From IMG/VR virus record IMGVR_UViG_2925897562_000001: a DNA stretch of 64,000 bases; one strand, 5' to 3'. The notes under the pieces are model-generated. The model was not told the DNA's origin, searched no databases, and saw only the letters and a list, made by a program, of their open reading frames with translations. The DNA comes from a virus (Duplodnaviria; Heunggongvirae; Uroviricota; Caudoviricetes). The first letter of the stretch is position 1, and each line of letters opens with the position of its first letter. Positions 49,181-60,175 of the stretch are shown here, piece after piece. The position numbers were made by a program, and so were the translations under genes.

Positions 49181-50212
49181 CTAATTGCCATCTTCCAGCA
49201 GGCGCACCATTGCCCCTGTTTCACTATCCAGGTTACGGATATAGTTCATGACAATATTTACATTGGTCCAGCCACCAGCTTGCATGATCTCCGGTATTGA
49301 AACTCCAGCGCGGGCCATATCTCGCGCTGCTCCGACACGGGCACTGTGTCCAGACCAGGCCAGGTATCTCTGACCAGAGTCATCCTTAGCGCCGTAAATC
49401 AATCGATGAGTTGCTTCAAAAATCCCTTCCAGGGCGCGAGTTGATAGCTGGCTGGTGGCAGATGGCGCGGCAACACCATTTTTTCTGACCCGGCAAAACA
49501 GGTAGTTATTCGGATCATCAGCTACACCAGAGACAGAAATCCATCGCTCGACCAGTTTAGTTACCCCCAGGCTAAGTGCCTTCTCTACACCTGCGGTGCT
49601 AACCAGCGTTTTCGTTCTGCCAATATGGATTAACATTCTCCCACCGTCAGTACGTGAGATATCTTTAACCCTGATCCTGGCAATTTCTGCTATACGTAGC
49701 AGGGTATTATAAGCAATCCCAAGAAATGCCAGATTACGTATATCCTGGCAGCGATCGCTATTTTCCATGAGTGAACGAACCTGGTCGAAATCAGTGCGTT
49801 CGAACGCCAATGCCTGTTTTGCACGTTCACCGGCATCAACGTTTTCTTTTCGAATCCGCCGCATGACCAGTGAAACAGCATTGCTGTCACTTGGTCGTGG
49901 CAGCCCGGACCGACGATGAAGCATGTTTAGCTGGCCCAAATGTTGCTGGATAGTTTTTACTGCCAGACCGCGCGCCTGAAGATATAGAAGATAATCGCGA
50001 ACATCTTCAGGTTCTGCGGGAAACCATTTCCGGTTATTCAACTTGCACCATGCCGCCCACGACCGGCAAACGGACAGAAGCATTTTCCAGGTATGCTCAG
50101 AAAACGCCTGGCGATCCCTGAACATGTCCATCAGGTTCTTGCGAACCTCATCACTCGTTGCATCGACCGGTAATGCAGGCAAATTTTGGTGTACGGTCAG
50201 TAAATTGGACAT
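49181..50212 (-). CDS. cre: Cre tyrosine site-specific recombinase (343 aa)
   Basis: Essentially identical to canonical Cre (MSNLLTVHQNLPALPVD...); loxP 419 bp upstream. Confidence 0.97.
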   Translation of the reverse strand: MSNLLTVHQNLPALPVDATSDEVRKNLMDMFRDRQAFSEHTWKMLLSVCRSWAAWCKLNNRKWFPAEPEDVRDYLLYLQARGLAVKTIQQHLGQLNMLHRRSGLPRPSDSNAVSLVMRRIRKENVDAGERAKQALAFERTDFDQVRSLMENSDRCQDIRNLAFLGIAYNTLLRIAEIARIRVKDISRTDGGRMLIHIGRTKTLVSTAGVEKALSLGVTKLVERWISVSGVADDPNNYLFCRVRKNGVAAPSATSQLSTRALEGIFEATHRLIYGAKDDSGQRYLAWSGHSARVGAARDMARAGVSIPEIMQAGGWTNVNIVMNYIRNLDSETGAMVRLLEDGN

Positions 50213-50219
50213 TTAACAC

Positions 50220-50441
50220 TCAGATAATGGTTTTAAGTAAAGTGTACAGGATCGGCCCTGCCTTTACCTGTTTATGGTTCTCGTCATAGAAACGCCAGCG
50301 ACCGCGCGTGCGTTCTATTTTCTCTTCACCGCGCGATAATGACAGTTGGTAACTATCACGATCAAACCCTTTTGCCCGCCAGTAACCACGGTTTTTCTCA
50401 AGCTCAAGATGAGTGGACACTTTAGCAGCTGAATATCCCAT
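50220..50441 (-). CDS. small ORF (73 aa) in the loxP-cre interval
   Basis: Ends 8 nt before cre start; basic, no motif; may be non-coding promoter region. Confidence 0.25.
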   Translation of the reverse strand: MGYSAAKVSTHLELEKNRGYWRAKGFDRDSYQLSLSRGEEKIERTRGRWRFYDENHKQVKAGPILYTLLKTII

Positions 50442-50630
50442 TTTTCACCTCTGATTGATTGGTGGTGCTAAGTGCGCTACGCGAAATCTGGAGCACTAAC
50501 ACTGCCAACATTTCGCAGATTTTACGTAGCGCAACCTTGATCAAATGATCAAGTGATCACTATTTGACCTGATAAGGTATTGAACTGTATGGATTTACAG
50601 GTAAATTGATCATGTTCAATAACCCTTAAG

Positions 50631-50664
50631 ATAACTTCGTATAATGTATGCTATACGAAGTTAT
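50631..50664. other. loxP: loxP site
   Basis: Exact ATAACTTCGTATA-ATGTATGC-TATACGAAGTTAT. Confidence 0.97.
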
Positions 50665-50707
50665 TAGGTCCGAAGAGGAGTTTACGTCCAGCTGCGCATA
50701 AAAATCA

Positions 50708-50724
50708 AGAATTATTAGAGCAAT
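50708..50724. promoter_or_regulatory. C1 operator (Op99-type)
   Basis: AATTATTAGAGCAAT matches reverse operator consensus. Confidence 0.55.
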
Positions 50725-50784
50725 AAATTTTGAGAGAAAAATCCCACTCCACCAGCCAAAAACTGGATTGTTTTTCATAGTTGT

Positions 50785-50811
50785 TTGACAATTGCTCTAA
50801 TAAATTATAGT
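50785..50811 (+). promoter_or_regulatory. C1-repressed promoter for coi-c1 (TTGACA -35 overlapped by operator ATTGCTCTAATAAATTA)
   Basis: TTGACA at 50785-50790; operator 50791-50807 (16 of 17); TATAGT -10-like. Confidence 0.6.
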
Positions 50812-51045
50812 TTTGCCGCCGTTTCGTAATACGACTTTGGATTCACTATTTAATGTGTCTTCAGCGTTGTAGAGCGGCTCAGAAGGAAATGAGCAAACAG
50901 GGAAACCTTATACAACGGCATTACAGCTATGCATTGCTCATCTTACACACAGCGCAATGTTGTTAGATTACCCCAGCATGGATCATGGGTGAAACAGTAG
51001 GTCAGAGCTTCAGGCTCTGTGTTGTCAATACAGTGAGGCATAATT

Positions 51046-51255
51046 ATGGCTTTCATTCCACCAACCATCGACGACGTTAGACATTGCTCTAACGCTTTAT
51101 CTGTAGACCCCGCCGAAACCGACGCTGCCCGCGCCATTGCTGAACACTACTCAAAGATATCCAATCAGGAGTACCGCATCACCCAAGACGACCTGGATGA
51201 TCTCACTGACACAATCGAATATCTCATGGCCACTAACCAGCCAGACTCACAATAA
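51046..51255 (+). CDS. coi: Coi, C1 inactivator (69 aa)
   Basis: 69-aa ORF immediately upstream of c1. Confidence 0.8.
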   Translation: MAFIPPTIDDVRHCSNALSVDPAETDAARAIAEHYSKISNQEYRITQDDLDDLTDTIEYLMATNQPDSQ

Positions 51256-51365
51256 ATGCACTAATAAATCTATTATTTTCGTTGGATCCTTCTATAATGG
51301 TGGCCAACAACTCCCAGTGTAATCCGCTGTGAGTTGTTGGCCATGTCAATTCTGGAGGAGGATCA

Positions 51366-52217
51366 ATGATAAATTATGTCTACGGCGAACAACTGTACCA
51401 GGAGTTCGTCAGCTTCAGGGATCTCTTTCTAAAAAAAGCTGTTGCACGCGCCCAACACGTTGATGCCGCCAGCGACGGTCGTCCTGTACGCCCGGTTGTC
51501 GTTCTGCCGTTCAAAGAAACTGACAGCATTCAGGCTGAAATTGATAAATGGACTTTAATGGCGCGGGAACTGGAACAGTACCCAGACCTCAATATCCCAA
51601 AGACTATTTTATATCCAGTACCTAACATCCTTCGCGGTGTGCGTAAGGTTACGACTTATCAGACAGAAGCTGTGAACAGCGTCAACATGACCGCTGGCCG
51701 CATTATTCATCTGATTGATAAGGACATTCGCATCCAGAAAAGCGCAGGGATCAATGAGCACAGTGCGAAATACATAGAGAACCTGGAAGCAACAAAAGAG
51801 CTAATGAAGCAGTACCCGGAGGATGAAAAATTCCGTATGCGCGTACACGGCTTTAGCGAAACAATGCTGCGCGTCCATTACATTTCTAGTAGCCCTAACT
51901 ACAATGATGGTAAATCAGTTAGTTACCATGTGCCGCTATGTGGTGTGTTTATCTGCGATGAAACTCTCCGTGATGGAATTATCATCAACGGTGAATTCGA
52001 GAAAGCAAAATTTAGCCTTTATGACTCTATAGAACCGATCATCTGCGACCGCTGGCCGCAGGCAAAAATATATCGCCTGGCAGATATTGAAAATGTAAAA
52101 AAACAAATTGCCATCACTCGCGAAGAGAAAAAGGTCAAATCAGCCGCATCAGTTACGCGCAGCCGTAAAACTAAGAAAGGGCAGCCAGTAAACGACAACC
52201 CCGAAAGCGCGCAATAG
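51366..52217 (+). CDS. c1: C1 primary immunity repressor (283 aa)
   Basis: 283 aa; position between coi and pacB; cognate operators throughout window. Confidence 0.9.
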   Translation: MINYVYGEQLYQEFVSFRDLFLKKAVARAQHVDAASDGRPVRPVVVLPFKETDSIQAEIDKWTLMARELEQYPDLNIPKTILYPVPNILRGVRKVTTYQTEAVNSVNMTAGRIIHLIDKDIRIQKSAGINEHSAKYIENLEATKELMKQYPEDEKFRMRVHGFSETMLRVHYISSSPNYNDGKSVSYHVPLCGVFICDETLRDGIIINGEFEKAKFSLYDSIEPIICDRWPQAKIYRLADIENVKKQIAITREEKKVKSAASVTRSRKTKKGQPVNDNPESAQ

Positions 52218-52241
52218 TTTCCATCCGGCATGGTCAATGAG

Positions 52242-53726
52242 TTATTCATTAAGCCATGCCAGAGCTTCATCAACCTGCGCTTCGTCTTCGACGCTAAGCA
52301 CTTCATCCTGGGGAACATAATCCGCCAGCATAGCGAAACAATATGTATCCCAATGGTCTGGTGAGTGCAGGTTGAGTTTTTTCTTCATATCCTCCTTACT
52401 CATCACCTTCCATTGACCTGCGGAGTTAATCCCTACAGGGATTTTCGACGCTTCCTCAATAGTTTCATTACCCTTATCCAGTCTCATACGACCAGATTTT
52501 ACGGCCTCTGCGGCTTGAACGTTGGCATAAGCACGTTTATCAAAGTACAGGCTCTTATCTTCACGGCTATGCATCTTTTTACCCCAGCGTATACGCTGTA
52601 CGGTAATACCATAATACTCGTACATCAGATCCGCCGTTGCTTTACCCAGCCCATCGCCGTCTATCGCTATGGTGATATTTGGGAATCGCTCAGGATTACA
52701 TTCTGCGAAAATTTTGGCGGCAAGCTGCGTTTCTGTAACGTCTGTGTATTCCAGCATTCGATAGTTGATTACACGGCGTTTATTTCTCTGGCCGGACACC
52801 ATCATGATATTGATAACGGACTTATCCCGTCCCGTACCACCAGCAACGTCCACACATGCAAGCCAGCCCCATCCTTTGGCAATCTTGACTTTCCGCCGCG
52901 TCGCACGTTCAACCTCATCACGTCCAAGAAGGAAGCCATCCTGTGATTTAGGGAATAGTCCGCGTACCTTAATCATGTACATAGGGTTATCACGCCCGCC
53001 GTACTCCGCCAGCTTCATTTTGATAAATGCTGGCGTTACCAGCGGTGATTCCTCACTGTTAAGCGTGATCGCCGTATAAACGCCATCAGGGTTACCAGGA
53101 CGCTTGGCCAGTTTATGGTGAGTATCGTAGAAATAGCCGCTTGGGCGTGTAGGCTGTGACAGTAATAAGATGCGGTTATCCTGTCCGGTAAGAGCACCGG
53201 TGATGATACCGAAAGCTCTATCACTGACACCGGAGGCTTCATCGATAATATACAGAAGATGATCTGCGTGTTCACCGGCGAGAGCTTCTTCACTTCCCAG
53301 ACGAAAGCCCTTCGGTACTACAGTCCATACACCTTTACCAGTAACCTCATAGAAAGCGGTTTCTGTCAGAACAAAATAATCAGCAAGCCATGGAAAACGG
53401 CTGGTGGCAGTAGCCCAGTTTATCTTGATGTACTTGAATATACCGGTCATTACCTGCTGAATTTTGTTCGCAACGATAATGGCGCGGGCACCGGGATACA
53501 TGATTATGAACAACATGATCATGATAGAAGTCATGTCTGATTTCCCGGTACCGTGACCAGACGAAACAGATGTCTTGCTACCCTGTTCCTGCACAGACTC
53601 AATAATCAGATCCTGCTGCCAGGTAGGTGTTTTGCCGAACAAAACATCAGCGGCAGCAATCCAGTCATAACGATATAGCGCCACCAGCTCGCGCCAACGT
53701 GGATCCGTTACGCAACTTCTGGCCAT
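52242..53726 (-). CDS. pacB: terminase large subunit PacB (494 aa)
   Basis: Walker A SGHGTGKS, Walker [12 protein letters not shown]-terminal nuclease domain; coupled to pacA. Confidence 0.9.
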   Translation of the reverse strand: MARSCVTDPRWRELVALYRYDWIAAADVLFGKTPTWQQDLIIESVQEQGSKTSVSSGHGTGKSDMTSIMIMLFIIMYPGARAIIVANKIQQVMTGIFKYIKINWATATSRFPWLADYFVLTETAFYEVTGKGVWTVVPKGFRLGSEEALAGEHADHLLYIIDEASGVSDRAFGIITGALTGQDNRILLLSQPTRPSGYFYDTHHKLAKRPGNPDGVYTAITLNSEESPLVTPAFIKMKLAEYGGRDNPMYMIKVRGLFPKSQDGFLLGRDEVERATRRKVKIAKGWGWLACVDVAGGTGRDKSVINIMMVSGQRNKRRVINYRMLEYTDVTETQLAAKIFAECNPERFPNITIAIDGDGLGKATADLMYEYYGITVQRIRWGKKMHSREDKSLYFDKRAYANVQAAEAVKSGRMRLDKGNETIEEASKIPVGINSAGQWKVMSKEDMKKKLNLHSPDHWDTYCFAMLADYVPQDEVLSVEDEAQVDEALAWLNE

Positions 53727-54919
53727 TAATCATCATCCCCGTATAGCTTGCGGGTAACTTCTTCGTCTTCCTCCTCGTCTTCGTCCAGGTCTTGTTCCAG
53801 CCATGGGTCGTTTGATACACCTTCAGTATCAACATCTCCATAACCGCCTGTATCAACGATATCGGCGATTTCTTCCCTACGCTGCTCAATCCACAATGCG
53901 GCATCGGCGCGGCGGTTGGCGGCCCGTTCTCGCGCAACTTTGTCCAGATCTTCAAGAGAAGGGCCACCGACGGCTGTTTGCCTTTCCTCATCATCGGTAT
54001 TGGTCTTAGGAGCACGCAGATCGGCTTTGATTTGCTCCAGCATCAGGGGCGGCACTTTTCCGCCATGCGCCTCGATGAATTCAGCTGCTTCCAGCACTGA
54101 CCAGTTATTTTCACGCTTTCGTTCGTATGCCAGCTTAACAATGCCAGCTTGCCCCATAGATAAAGCGTGCTTTTCCGCCTCCCGGCTTTCTTTTCGATAG
54201 TTATTCCGGATGCTGTAAATGGTGTTGATCAGGCTGCTTATCTGCGCGGAACAGCTGTTTAGCATGCTCGCGATACGATATTCAGGCGGAGTCCCTTCAT
54301 CATCGTCTTTTTGCTGATCGCGCATTTCCTGCACCAGACGAATACACGTATCCCTGGCGTTCTCCAGCATAAGGAGATGAGAAAGTGACTTTTCCAGAAG
54401 AGTGGTTTCCAGAACATCGGCCCCGGACCGACGCAACATAGCGCGCGCGGCCTTCCGCGCTTCAACGTTATCTATCAGGTAATCGCCAGCTTCGAATTCA
54501 AAGCGTTCACCATCATCATCCAGGGTGTCGCGTTCCAGGCGATCACGTAAGGTCCGGTGGGCGCGGGTGATCACGTCATGATCATCAGAACGATCATTTA
54601 TGCGCTTATTTTGGCGCTTCGCATTCTCGACTGCGGCACTGACAACGGCATTAACCCTTTGTTTTTCCGCTATTTCAGCCGCAATGTGATCACCTGCATG
54701 TTGATCATTAGAGTGATCAATGATCATGCTTTTTAGTGGCTTCCTGACTGGCTTATTTGGCTTGCGGCTGTCCGCTGTCCTGGTGTCTTCTTTGAAGGCA
54801 CGGAGATAACGACGTGCAGTATTAGGGTTAAGATTAAACTCGGCGGCATACTGTGCGATGGTGTAACCACCATCTCGCGCCAGGCGAGCAAAATTCTTCT
54901 TGTGATCGTCCCAGGTCAC
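53726..54919 (-). CDS. pacA: terminase small subunit PacA (397 aa)
   Basis: 397 aa; contains pac site; acidic C-terminus. Confidence 0.9.
   Translation of the reverse strand: MTWDDHKKNFARLARDGGYTIAQYAAEFNLNPNTARRYLRAFKEDTRTADSRKPNKPVRKPLKSMIIDHSNDQHAGDHIAAEIAEKQRVNAVVSAAVENAKRQNKRINDRSDDHDVITRAHRTLRDRLERDTLDDDGERFEFEAGDYLIDNVEARKAARAMLRRSGADVLETTLLEKSLSHLLMLENARDTCIRLVQEMRDQQKDDDEGTPPEYRIASMLNSCSAQISSLINTIYSIRNNYRKESREAEKHALSMGQAGIVKLAYERKRENNWSVLEAAEFIEAHGGKVPPLMLEQIKADLRAPKTNTDDEERQTAVGGPSLEDLDKVARERAANRRADAALWIEQRREEIADIVDTGGYGDVDTEGVSNDPWLEQDLDEDEEEDEEVTRKLYGDDD
54541..54726. other. pac: pac packaging site (two clusters of TGATCA / GATC Dam-site hexamers)
   Basis: GATC at 54541, 54569, 54580, 54592 and TGATCA at 54687, 54702, 54714, 54721 inside pacA. 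Confidence 0.75.
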
Positions 54920-55004
54920 TTATGCTTCCTTTCGTAAAAACTCTTTTTGACGCGAGGGTAACGAAAGTCACATGTCAAAAGGCCCGGAACGGGCAAGCAA
55001 TCAA

Positions 55005-55457
55005 TCAGATACGTGCGGATGTGGCATTACCGTAATGACGGTGCTGACGGGCCACCTTATTGAAAAGTTGACGCGCCATTACCCAAGGCTGGTGCTCCCG
55101 GCGTTCCTTTTCGTCCTGCGTCATATAGAGTTCGTTCTGGAGTTTTTCATCAAACCGGCGCGGAGCGCGGCTACGGCGAAAGAATTCAGGATTCAGAGAG
55201 TGGATCTGAAATCTACGTGGGCGTGTACTGTCATCAATCAAAACAGACGAATACTTAGACACAGCGATAGCCTTTAAGCGCAGATAAACATCGCGCTTAT
55301 CGACATCCAGATGCGGGTATTCCTTTTCAAGAATTGCTGCGAGTTCTTTCGCTGATAGAAGAGATTTAGTGCGGATCATGTAATCCGCAATCTCGTACGA
55401 TGTTATTCGTGAGTGATTTATTTCCATGAAGTGGCGTCCCTGCCAGTTAAGTAACAT
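55005..55457 (-). CDS. lpa: Lpa late promoter activator (150 aa)
   Basis: 150 aa, upstream of pacA; operator-like site upstream. Confidence 0.75.
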   Translation of the reverse strand: MLLNWQGRHFMEINHSRITSYEIADYMIRTKSLLSAKELAAILEKEYPHLDVDKRDVYLRLKAIAVSKYSSVLIDDSTRPRRFQIHSLNPEFFRRSRAPRRFDEKLQNELYMTQDEKERREHQPWVMARQLFNKVARQHRHYGNATSARI

Positions 55458-55527
55458 CCTGTCACCTACTGATTAGCCCATGTCAACTAATCAACGTGGA
55501 ATATAATACCCTCGATTAAAGAAATAG

Positions 55528-55544
55528 CAATACATTAGAGCAAT
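55528..55544. promoter_or_regulatory. C1 operator-like site upstream of lpa
   Basis: ATACATTAGAGCAAT partial match to operator consensus. Confidence 0.45.
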
Positions 55545-55545
55545 T

Positions 55546-56589
55546 TTATCTAACGCTCGACGAGTGACTTGTGATAGCGCCGACTCCAAGCGCGTAATCA
55601 AAGAACAATCGTTGATGCATCGCCAGCCTACCGTGCGTCTTCTCCCAATTATCGCGGTCACGCTCAATATCACGCTGGCATGACTGGCACAGAGGAATTG
55701 CGTAAATGTCATGCGCGCATAATCGACTATGACGAACGATATAAGGCGTAATGTGAGCGCCAGCTCCCGCCGCTCCACACCCACAGCATGGACGGGAAGC
55801 AACAAAGTCCATGTACTCAGGTAATTTTAGCGATTGCAGTTTTGGTATTTTGAAATGCGCCATGCCAGGGTCGGAGTCAACATCCACAGGGCATACTTTT
55901 GCACGCATCGGCGCGGCGCGTTCTTCCATCATCTGAACATATGCTGTAGCGCGATCGTCATACGGGCGAATATCCGCCTCTTTCAGAGGTCCGCTATCCT
56001 GCGTTGCGGCTTTCATCTTATTTATTGATATACGGCAAACTTCTTCCGGCATCAGGTGCATCATGTTGCGCATGAAAGCCCACCAGCACAGTTCCTGAAT
56101 ACTTAAATCATGGCCATCTGAAAGCCCCATTTCCTGACGGGCGACATCCAGTATCCAGTTAACGCGATTATTATGCAGCGTTTCTTTCAGCTCATTAAAA
56201 CCACGCATCCGGTAATGGTTATCGTGATGCCAGCACAACAACACCGCGCTATTGTCTCGTTCTGCGTGGACAATATGGTTGTCACACCAGCTACGATCTG
56301 CGGCCTGGCATTGCCCCTCTTTCCTGCGCAACCACGCCACCAGCGCGTCAATTCCACCAATACGGCGAAACAGTTCATCGCTGTTAAAAAACGGCTGCAA
56401 CGCCTCATTTGTTGCCATAGTTTGCTCGGAAACAACGAGGCCGTCGTCCATGTGCTCGATTAACTCACGCGGCACCGGCTCCATAATAAATTTACGGCCA
56501 GCCTCCACCAGCTTTCTGACTTCCTGATCCACTTTGAATGTGGCGACGCCAAGCTCTTTTTGTACAAAGGGAGTAATTACGGCTTTCAC
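55546..56589 (-). CDS. pdcB: PdcB (347 aa)
   Basis: Position downstream of doc; Cys/His-rich. Confidence 0.6.
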   Translation of the reverse strand: MKAVITPFVQKELGVATFKVDQEVRKLVEAGRKFIMEPVPRELIEHMDDGLVVSEQTMATNEALQPFFNSDELFRRIGGIDALVAWLRRKEGQCQAADRSWCDNHIVHAERDNSAVLLCWHHDNHYRMRGFNELKETLHNNRVNWILDVARQEMGLSDGHDLSIQELCWWAFMRNMMHLMPEEVCRISINKMKAATQDSGPLKEADIRPYDDRATAYVQMMEERAAPMRAKVCPVDVDSDPGMAHFKIPKLQSLKLPEYMDFVASRPCCGCGAAGAGAHITPYIVRHSRLCAHDIYAIPLCQSCQRDIERDRDNWEKTHGRLAMHQRLFFDYALGVGAITSHSSSVR

Positions 56590-56616
56590 ATCACACCTTT
56601 CATCACTGATTGGGCT

Positions 56617-56817
56617 TTATCTGCTGCCCGGCATTCTCTGTTTAAGCACAACCATTTCCTGACGGCATAACACAGCAATAGCAGTCCTGGCTCCAATTTG
56701 CTTACCAACCAGGTATTGCTTTACCTTGCGGCGACTCACGCCATCAAGAAGCATCTTTAACGCTTCACGGGACAATTTGTTGTATTTGCGTGCCATTAAT
56801 CTACTCCGCAGAACCAT
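56617..56817 (-). CDS. PdcA-like small protein
   Basis: Small ORF immediately after doc. Confidence 0.4.
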
Positions 56818-57181
56818 ACAATCTACGTAACGTGTCGGCGACAGAAGATACAGATATCTCGCCAGTCGCAGCGCCTACAGTAAGGTCTGCCAGTTCAGGT
56901 GAATCAAATACCTGCACCCCGTTACGGCGTAGAAATAGCAGCGCACTGTTTAGCGCGGTACGCTTATTGGCATCATTGAATATATGCCCTCTCGCTGTAG
57001 CCACCAGGTAGGTGGCGGAGACTTCGAAAAGGTCGGTGATCTCTTCGTAGGCAACTCTGGCCTGAACTCTCCCGATAATGGCCTCTGCCCTACCCGGATC
57101 TGACATTCCCGGCAGGCCGCCGTAGCGGCTTATATTCGCATCATGAAGCGCAATAAGTTCTTCCGGTGATATATGCCTCAT
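56801..57181 (-). CDS. doc: Doc toxin (Fic-fold kinase), 126 aa
   Basis: [22 protein letters not shown]... matches P1 Doc; coupled to phd. Confidence 0.95.
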
Positions 57182-57402
57182 TATCGGTTAACCAGTTCCT
57201 TGTTGGTGGAGTCCAGGGTGTCAAACAGGGATGCAAATTCAGCATCCAGCGCCGCTTTTTTGTAGGCTTCGAAAGTAGCCTTGCTGACAATTACTGCTGG
57301 CTCACGGCCTCTGCGGGTGATTTCAACCTCTTCCCCGGCTTCAACATTGTTGAGCACTTCAGAAAGGTTGCCACGCGCGGTACGGAAGTTAATGGATTGC
57401 AT
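57181..57402 (-). CDS. phd: Phd antitoxin (73 aa)
   Basis: [39 protein letters not shown]... matches P1 Phd; start set at ATG 57402. Confidence 0.95.
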
Positions 57403-57474
57403 AAACACCTCGTGTACTCGTTATGTGTACACAATTATAAACTTCACAGGCATAAAGCACCAGCACTTTGCAGC

Positions 57475-57864
57475 TTAAATAACCGGACAATCATCAAATT
57501 CCCCACTTCGGGCATCATTGATGACATGAGTGATCACACCAAAAACAGCATTACTGCCCGTGTATCCATCGTCATCTACTGGTAACGCCTCTTTCTTCCC
57601 GGTGCTTAAATCCTCCAGGTGCTGGCGCGGATACTTCCTGTATCTCTTTATGCGATATTCACCCTCCATAGCGCACACAAGCAGAGAACCATCAACCGGA
57701 GTAAGCGAGGAATCAACCACCAGCAAAGCACCCTGCAATATTCCCTCACGGTGATGGCTATCAGCTGCCCGCATGAAGTAGGTCGCTGAAGGATGTCTAA
57801 TTATCTGCTGATCAAGAGAAATTCGGCTTTCAACATAATCCGCCGCAGGAGAAGGGAAGCCCAT
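57475..57864 (-). CDS. humD: HumD, UmuD-like S24 peptidase (129 aa)
   Basis: LexA/UmuD-family C-terminal domain; SOS box upstream. Confidence 0.85.
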   Translation of the reverse strand: MGFPSPAADYVESRISLDQQIIRHPSATYFMRAADSHHREGILQGALLVVDSSLTPVDGSLLVCAMEGEYRIKRYRKYPRQHLEDLSTGKKEALPVDDDGYTGSNAVFGVITHVINDARSGEFDDCPVI

Positions 57865-57882
57865 AGCGTTTTACCTCAATGA

Positions 57883-57902
57883 TACTGTTTATTCATACAG
57901 TA
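57883..57902. promoter_or_regulatory. LexA (SOS) box upstream of humD
   Basis: TACTGTTTATTCATACAGTA fits CTGT-N8-ACAG. Confidence 0.7.
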
Positions 57903-57987
57903 TACATTGAAAAGGCATAGTTTGTGAAAGCGGGGTTTGTAGGCGCGCCACGCTGGGGGCTAATCACATTTCTCCCCCATCTTGCCG

Positions 57988-58239
57988 TTATTTTTTTGGT
58001 GCATCCTCGTTCTGATACACCGGATCGCTCCCTTTTGGCAACTGGAGGCTTAACTGCCGGTAGTGCCGTAGCCGTTCCATGAAATAGGCGCGCAGGTTTT
58101 CCGGTTGCTCACGGGCCACCTGCTCTGCAATCACAGGTATATTCAGCCGTTCTTTGTAAGCAACGCCGCTGGCGGCAAGGTCTACGTTCACCTTGTCTCG
58201 CTCTTCCTGGCTTTTAGCTGCTATATTTCGATCTGACAC
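57988..58239 (-). CDS. hot: Hot, DNA polymerase III theta-subunit homolog (83 aa)
   Basis: 83 aa; position next to lxr and humD. Confidence 0.7.
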   Translation of the reverse strand: MSDRNIAAKSQEERDKVNVDLAASGVAYKERLNIPVIAEQVAREQPENLRAYFMERLRHYRQLSLQLPKGSDPVYQNEDAPKK

Positions 58240-58271
58240 AAGAAACCTCCAGGAGTTAGTGGATCAGGCAC

Positions 58272-58622
58272 ATGCACAATAACGTTCTCAATGTTAGCCG
58301 TTCAATTCAGACAATCAGAGACTGGACCAGTGTGGTGGCATCAATCCCATTGCGGAACAGCATAGACGAACTGCAAATTCGTGTATTGAATCCGAATCAG
58401 GCTAATAAGCAATTGCGCTTTATTTTGACGCTGAAAAGTGAAACAGAGGGGATAAAGCACAGCGTAAAAGTGTTTTCTGAGGCCATTCTGCTTAATGGGA
58501 AGCTCCGGCATCTGGTAAGGCCAGAACGTCAATATCCTGACGTCCTGGCGCGTGAAAAAGACCTTCTTTCTGAAGTTCAGGATAGGGTGATCGATTTCGT
58601 CAAATGCTATCCCCTGCATTGA
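58272..58622 (+). CDS. lxr: Lxr (116 aa)
   Basis: Position divergent from hot. Confidence 0.55.
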   Translation: MHNNVLNVSRSIQTIRDWTSVVASIPLRNSIDELQIRVLNPNQANKQLRFILTLKSETEGIKHSVKVFSEAILLNGKLRHLVRPERQYPDVLAREKDLLSEVQDRVIDFVKCYPLH

Positions 58623-58891
58623 GGGCAGGTGTTCCCTTCCGCAAAGTAGGGAAAATTGCTATCAAGTTCATCACACCATCTGCGTTGGTCGTAGCACCAA
58701 AACGCCTCCCACGGTGCACGGAAATACTTCATCCACCAGGACACTCGATCAGGTATATCTGCTGGTGGCAGTTCTTCTGGCAATAATTTGCCTGATAATT
58801 CCCTTTCCGCCCGCGACAGCATTTTTTTGAGGCTCGCGTTCTCTTTTTCAAGCTCATCTACGCGCACCTGTAATTCAGCTTTCGTTGGCAT
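58607..58891 (-). CDS. hypothetical protein (94 aa from ATG 58891) with C-terminal CPQC
   Basis: GAGGTGG RBS before ATG 58891. Confidence 0.4.
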   Translation of the reverse strand: MPTKAELQVRVDELEKENASLKKMLSRAERELSGKLLPEELPPADIPDRVSWWMKYFRAPWEAFWCYDQRRWCDELDSNFPYFAEGNTCPQCRG

Positions 58892-59813
58892 GGTCCACCT
58901 CATGCTTTTCAGCCACCAGCGGCAATAAAGCCCTGGCCATCTTATGAACCAATAGTGCATCAATAATGCCAAGCGTATGCCCCGGCTTAATGTTTAATGC
59001 CGCCTCAAGGTGACACCTTTCCAGGTCACTTTTCTCGGCTTGTTTATGATGATCTGGTGTAATAACGTCGCCCAAAACACGGCTAATTCTTTCTCGTAAT
59101 TGCTGGGTGCCAGCACACTTGATCGCTGTATCGTGGAGACGGTTAACCAGTTCGCGATAAACATGCGGCTTAATGCGGATACGTTCACCGGTGACGCCCT
59201 TTCCTGGCGCTGGCACCGAACTATCCGGAATATCCGGATAGTTGCCAGCCTCGTAAGCTACCCACAGCCAGTGCATGAATGTTTCAGTGGACACACAACC
59301 ACAGTCCACATCGATTTTCCCGCGTTGCTGTTCCAGCCATTGCCCAAAATCCAACCTGTAAGTCTTACTTTCAAGTTCATCACCATTGAACTCGACTTTC
59401 TGCGACGCTATGAGAGCTGATTCGTATTGTTCGCGAGTGACAACTGACTGGTATTCATCGCTATCAAGGCCACCAATTGGAAGCTCAATCTCACAACAAA
59501 AATTGCGCCCAAAGAAAGTGTCTTTTTTGTGGTCTGAGCCAAAAGCAAAAGTCGCGCATGGTGCCATTAAATTGACACTGGGTAGGTAACAATAACTCAT
59601 TCCATCAGGCCACCCGCCGCACTTAGGCAGCTCCTTCACTAACAAGTCGATAAGCTTCATTTTTTTATCATCTTTGCAAGCCGCCAAAGCCATTTGGGCA
59701 AGTGCCAATACTTCATCTGCCGTATATCCAGCACCGTGACCATACATTTCGATACGGGAAATAATCTCTGATATACGCTCTTCAGTGATTCTGGTCATTT
59801 CTTTTTGCGCCAT
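58875..59813 (-). CDS. hypothetical protein (312 aa)
   Basis: Intact ORF, operon context. Confidence 0.5.
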   Translation of the reverse strand: MAQKEMTRITEERISEIISRIEMYGHGAGYTADEVLALAQMALAACKDDKKMKLIDLLVKELPKCGGWPDGMSYCYLPSVNLMAPCATFAFGSDHKKDTFFGRNFCCEIELPIGGLDSDEYQSVVTREQYESALIASQKVEFNGDELESKTYRLDFGQWLEQQRGKIDVDCGCVSTETFMHWLWVAYEAGNYPDIPDSSVPAPGKGVTGERIRIKPHVYRELVNRLHDTAIKCAGTQQLRERISRVLGDVITPDHHKQAEKSDLERCHLEAALNIKPGHTLGIIDALLVHKMARALLPLVAEKHEVDHANES

Positions 59814-60169
59814 TTCTTTTCACATTCCTTAGTCCATTTTTCAATGTTCATTTTGGCAATATCGGTCATTCCATCACCTAAGAAATACTTTCTCCGGTAT
59901 GTCTTGCACTTAAACCACACTACAACAGCCACCAGCCAGAAAATAAAAGGCCATACAGCAATACCAACGACTGCCGCGATAAAGCTCAATATCCATAAAT
60001 GAAGCTCTCCAACTTCTGTTTCCGGCAATATTCTTAAAGAATTAAACAGTAGGCTGAACGCATGGTCGTATGCATTGGCAGTATAAGACATGCAATCCAT
60101 ATAATTAAAGTCATAGCCTGCGGCTGCCGCCCATAATGGGCGGTCAAGAAAATGTTTTAGTGTCATCAT
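59795..60169 (-). CDS. small membrane protein (124 aa)
   Basis: Two predicted TM segments; basic C-terminus. Confidence 0.4.
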   Translation of the reverse strand: MMTLKHFLDRPLWAAAAGYDFNYMDCMSYTANAYDHAFSLLFNSLRILPETEVGELHLWILSFIAAVVGIAVWPFIFWLVAVVVWFKCKTYRRKYFLGDGMTDIAKMNIEKWTKECEKKWRKKK

Positions 60170-60175
60170 ATAAAT

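Noticed and set aside
49181-50664. Cre/loxP as a chromosomal integration module (integrase plus att site)
   Set aside because: Exact loxP with cre is the P1 plasmid cyclisation and dimer-resolution system; no tRNA or att-like flank; the P1 family replicates as a plasmid.
55491-56527. ORFs 55491..55805, 55834..56028, 56173..56463 and 56252..56527 overlapping pdcB
   Set aside because: Embedded in or antisense to the 347-aa pdcB frame; no independent support.
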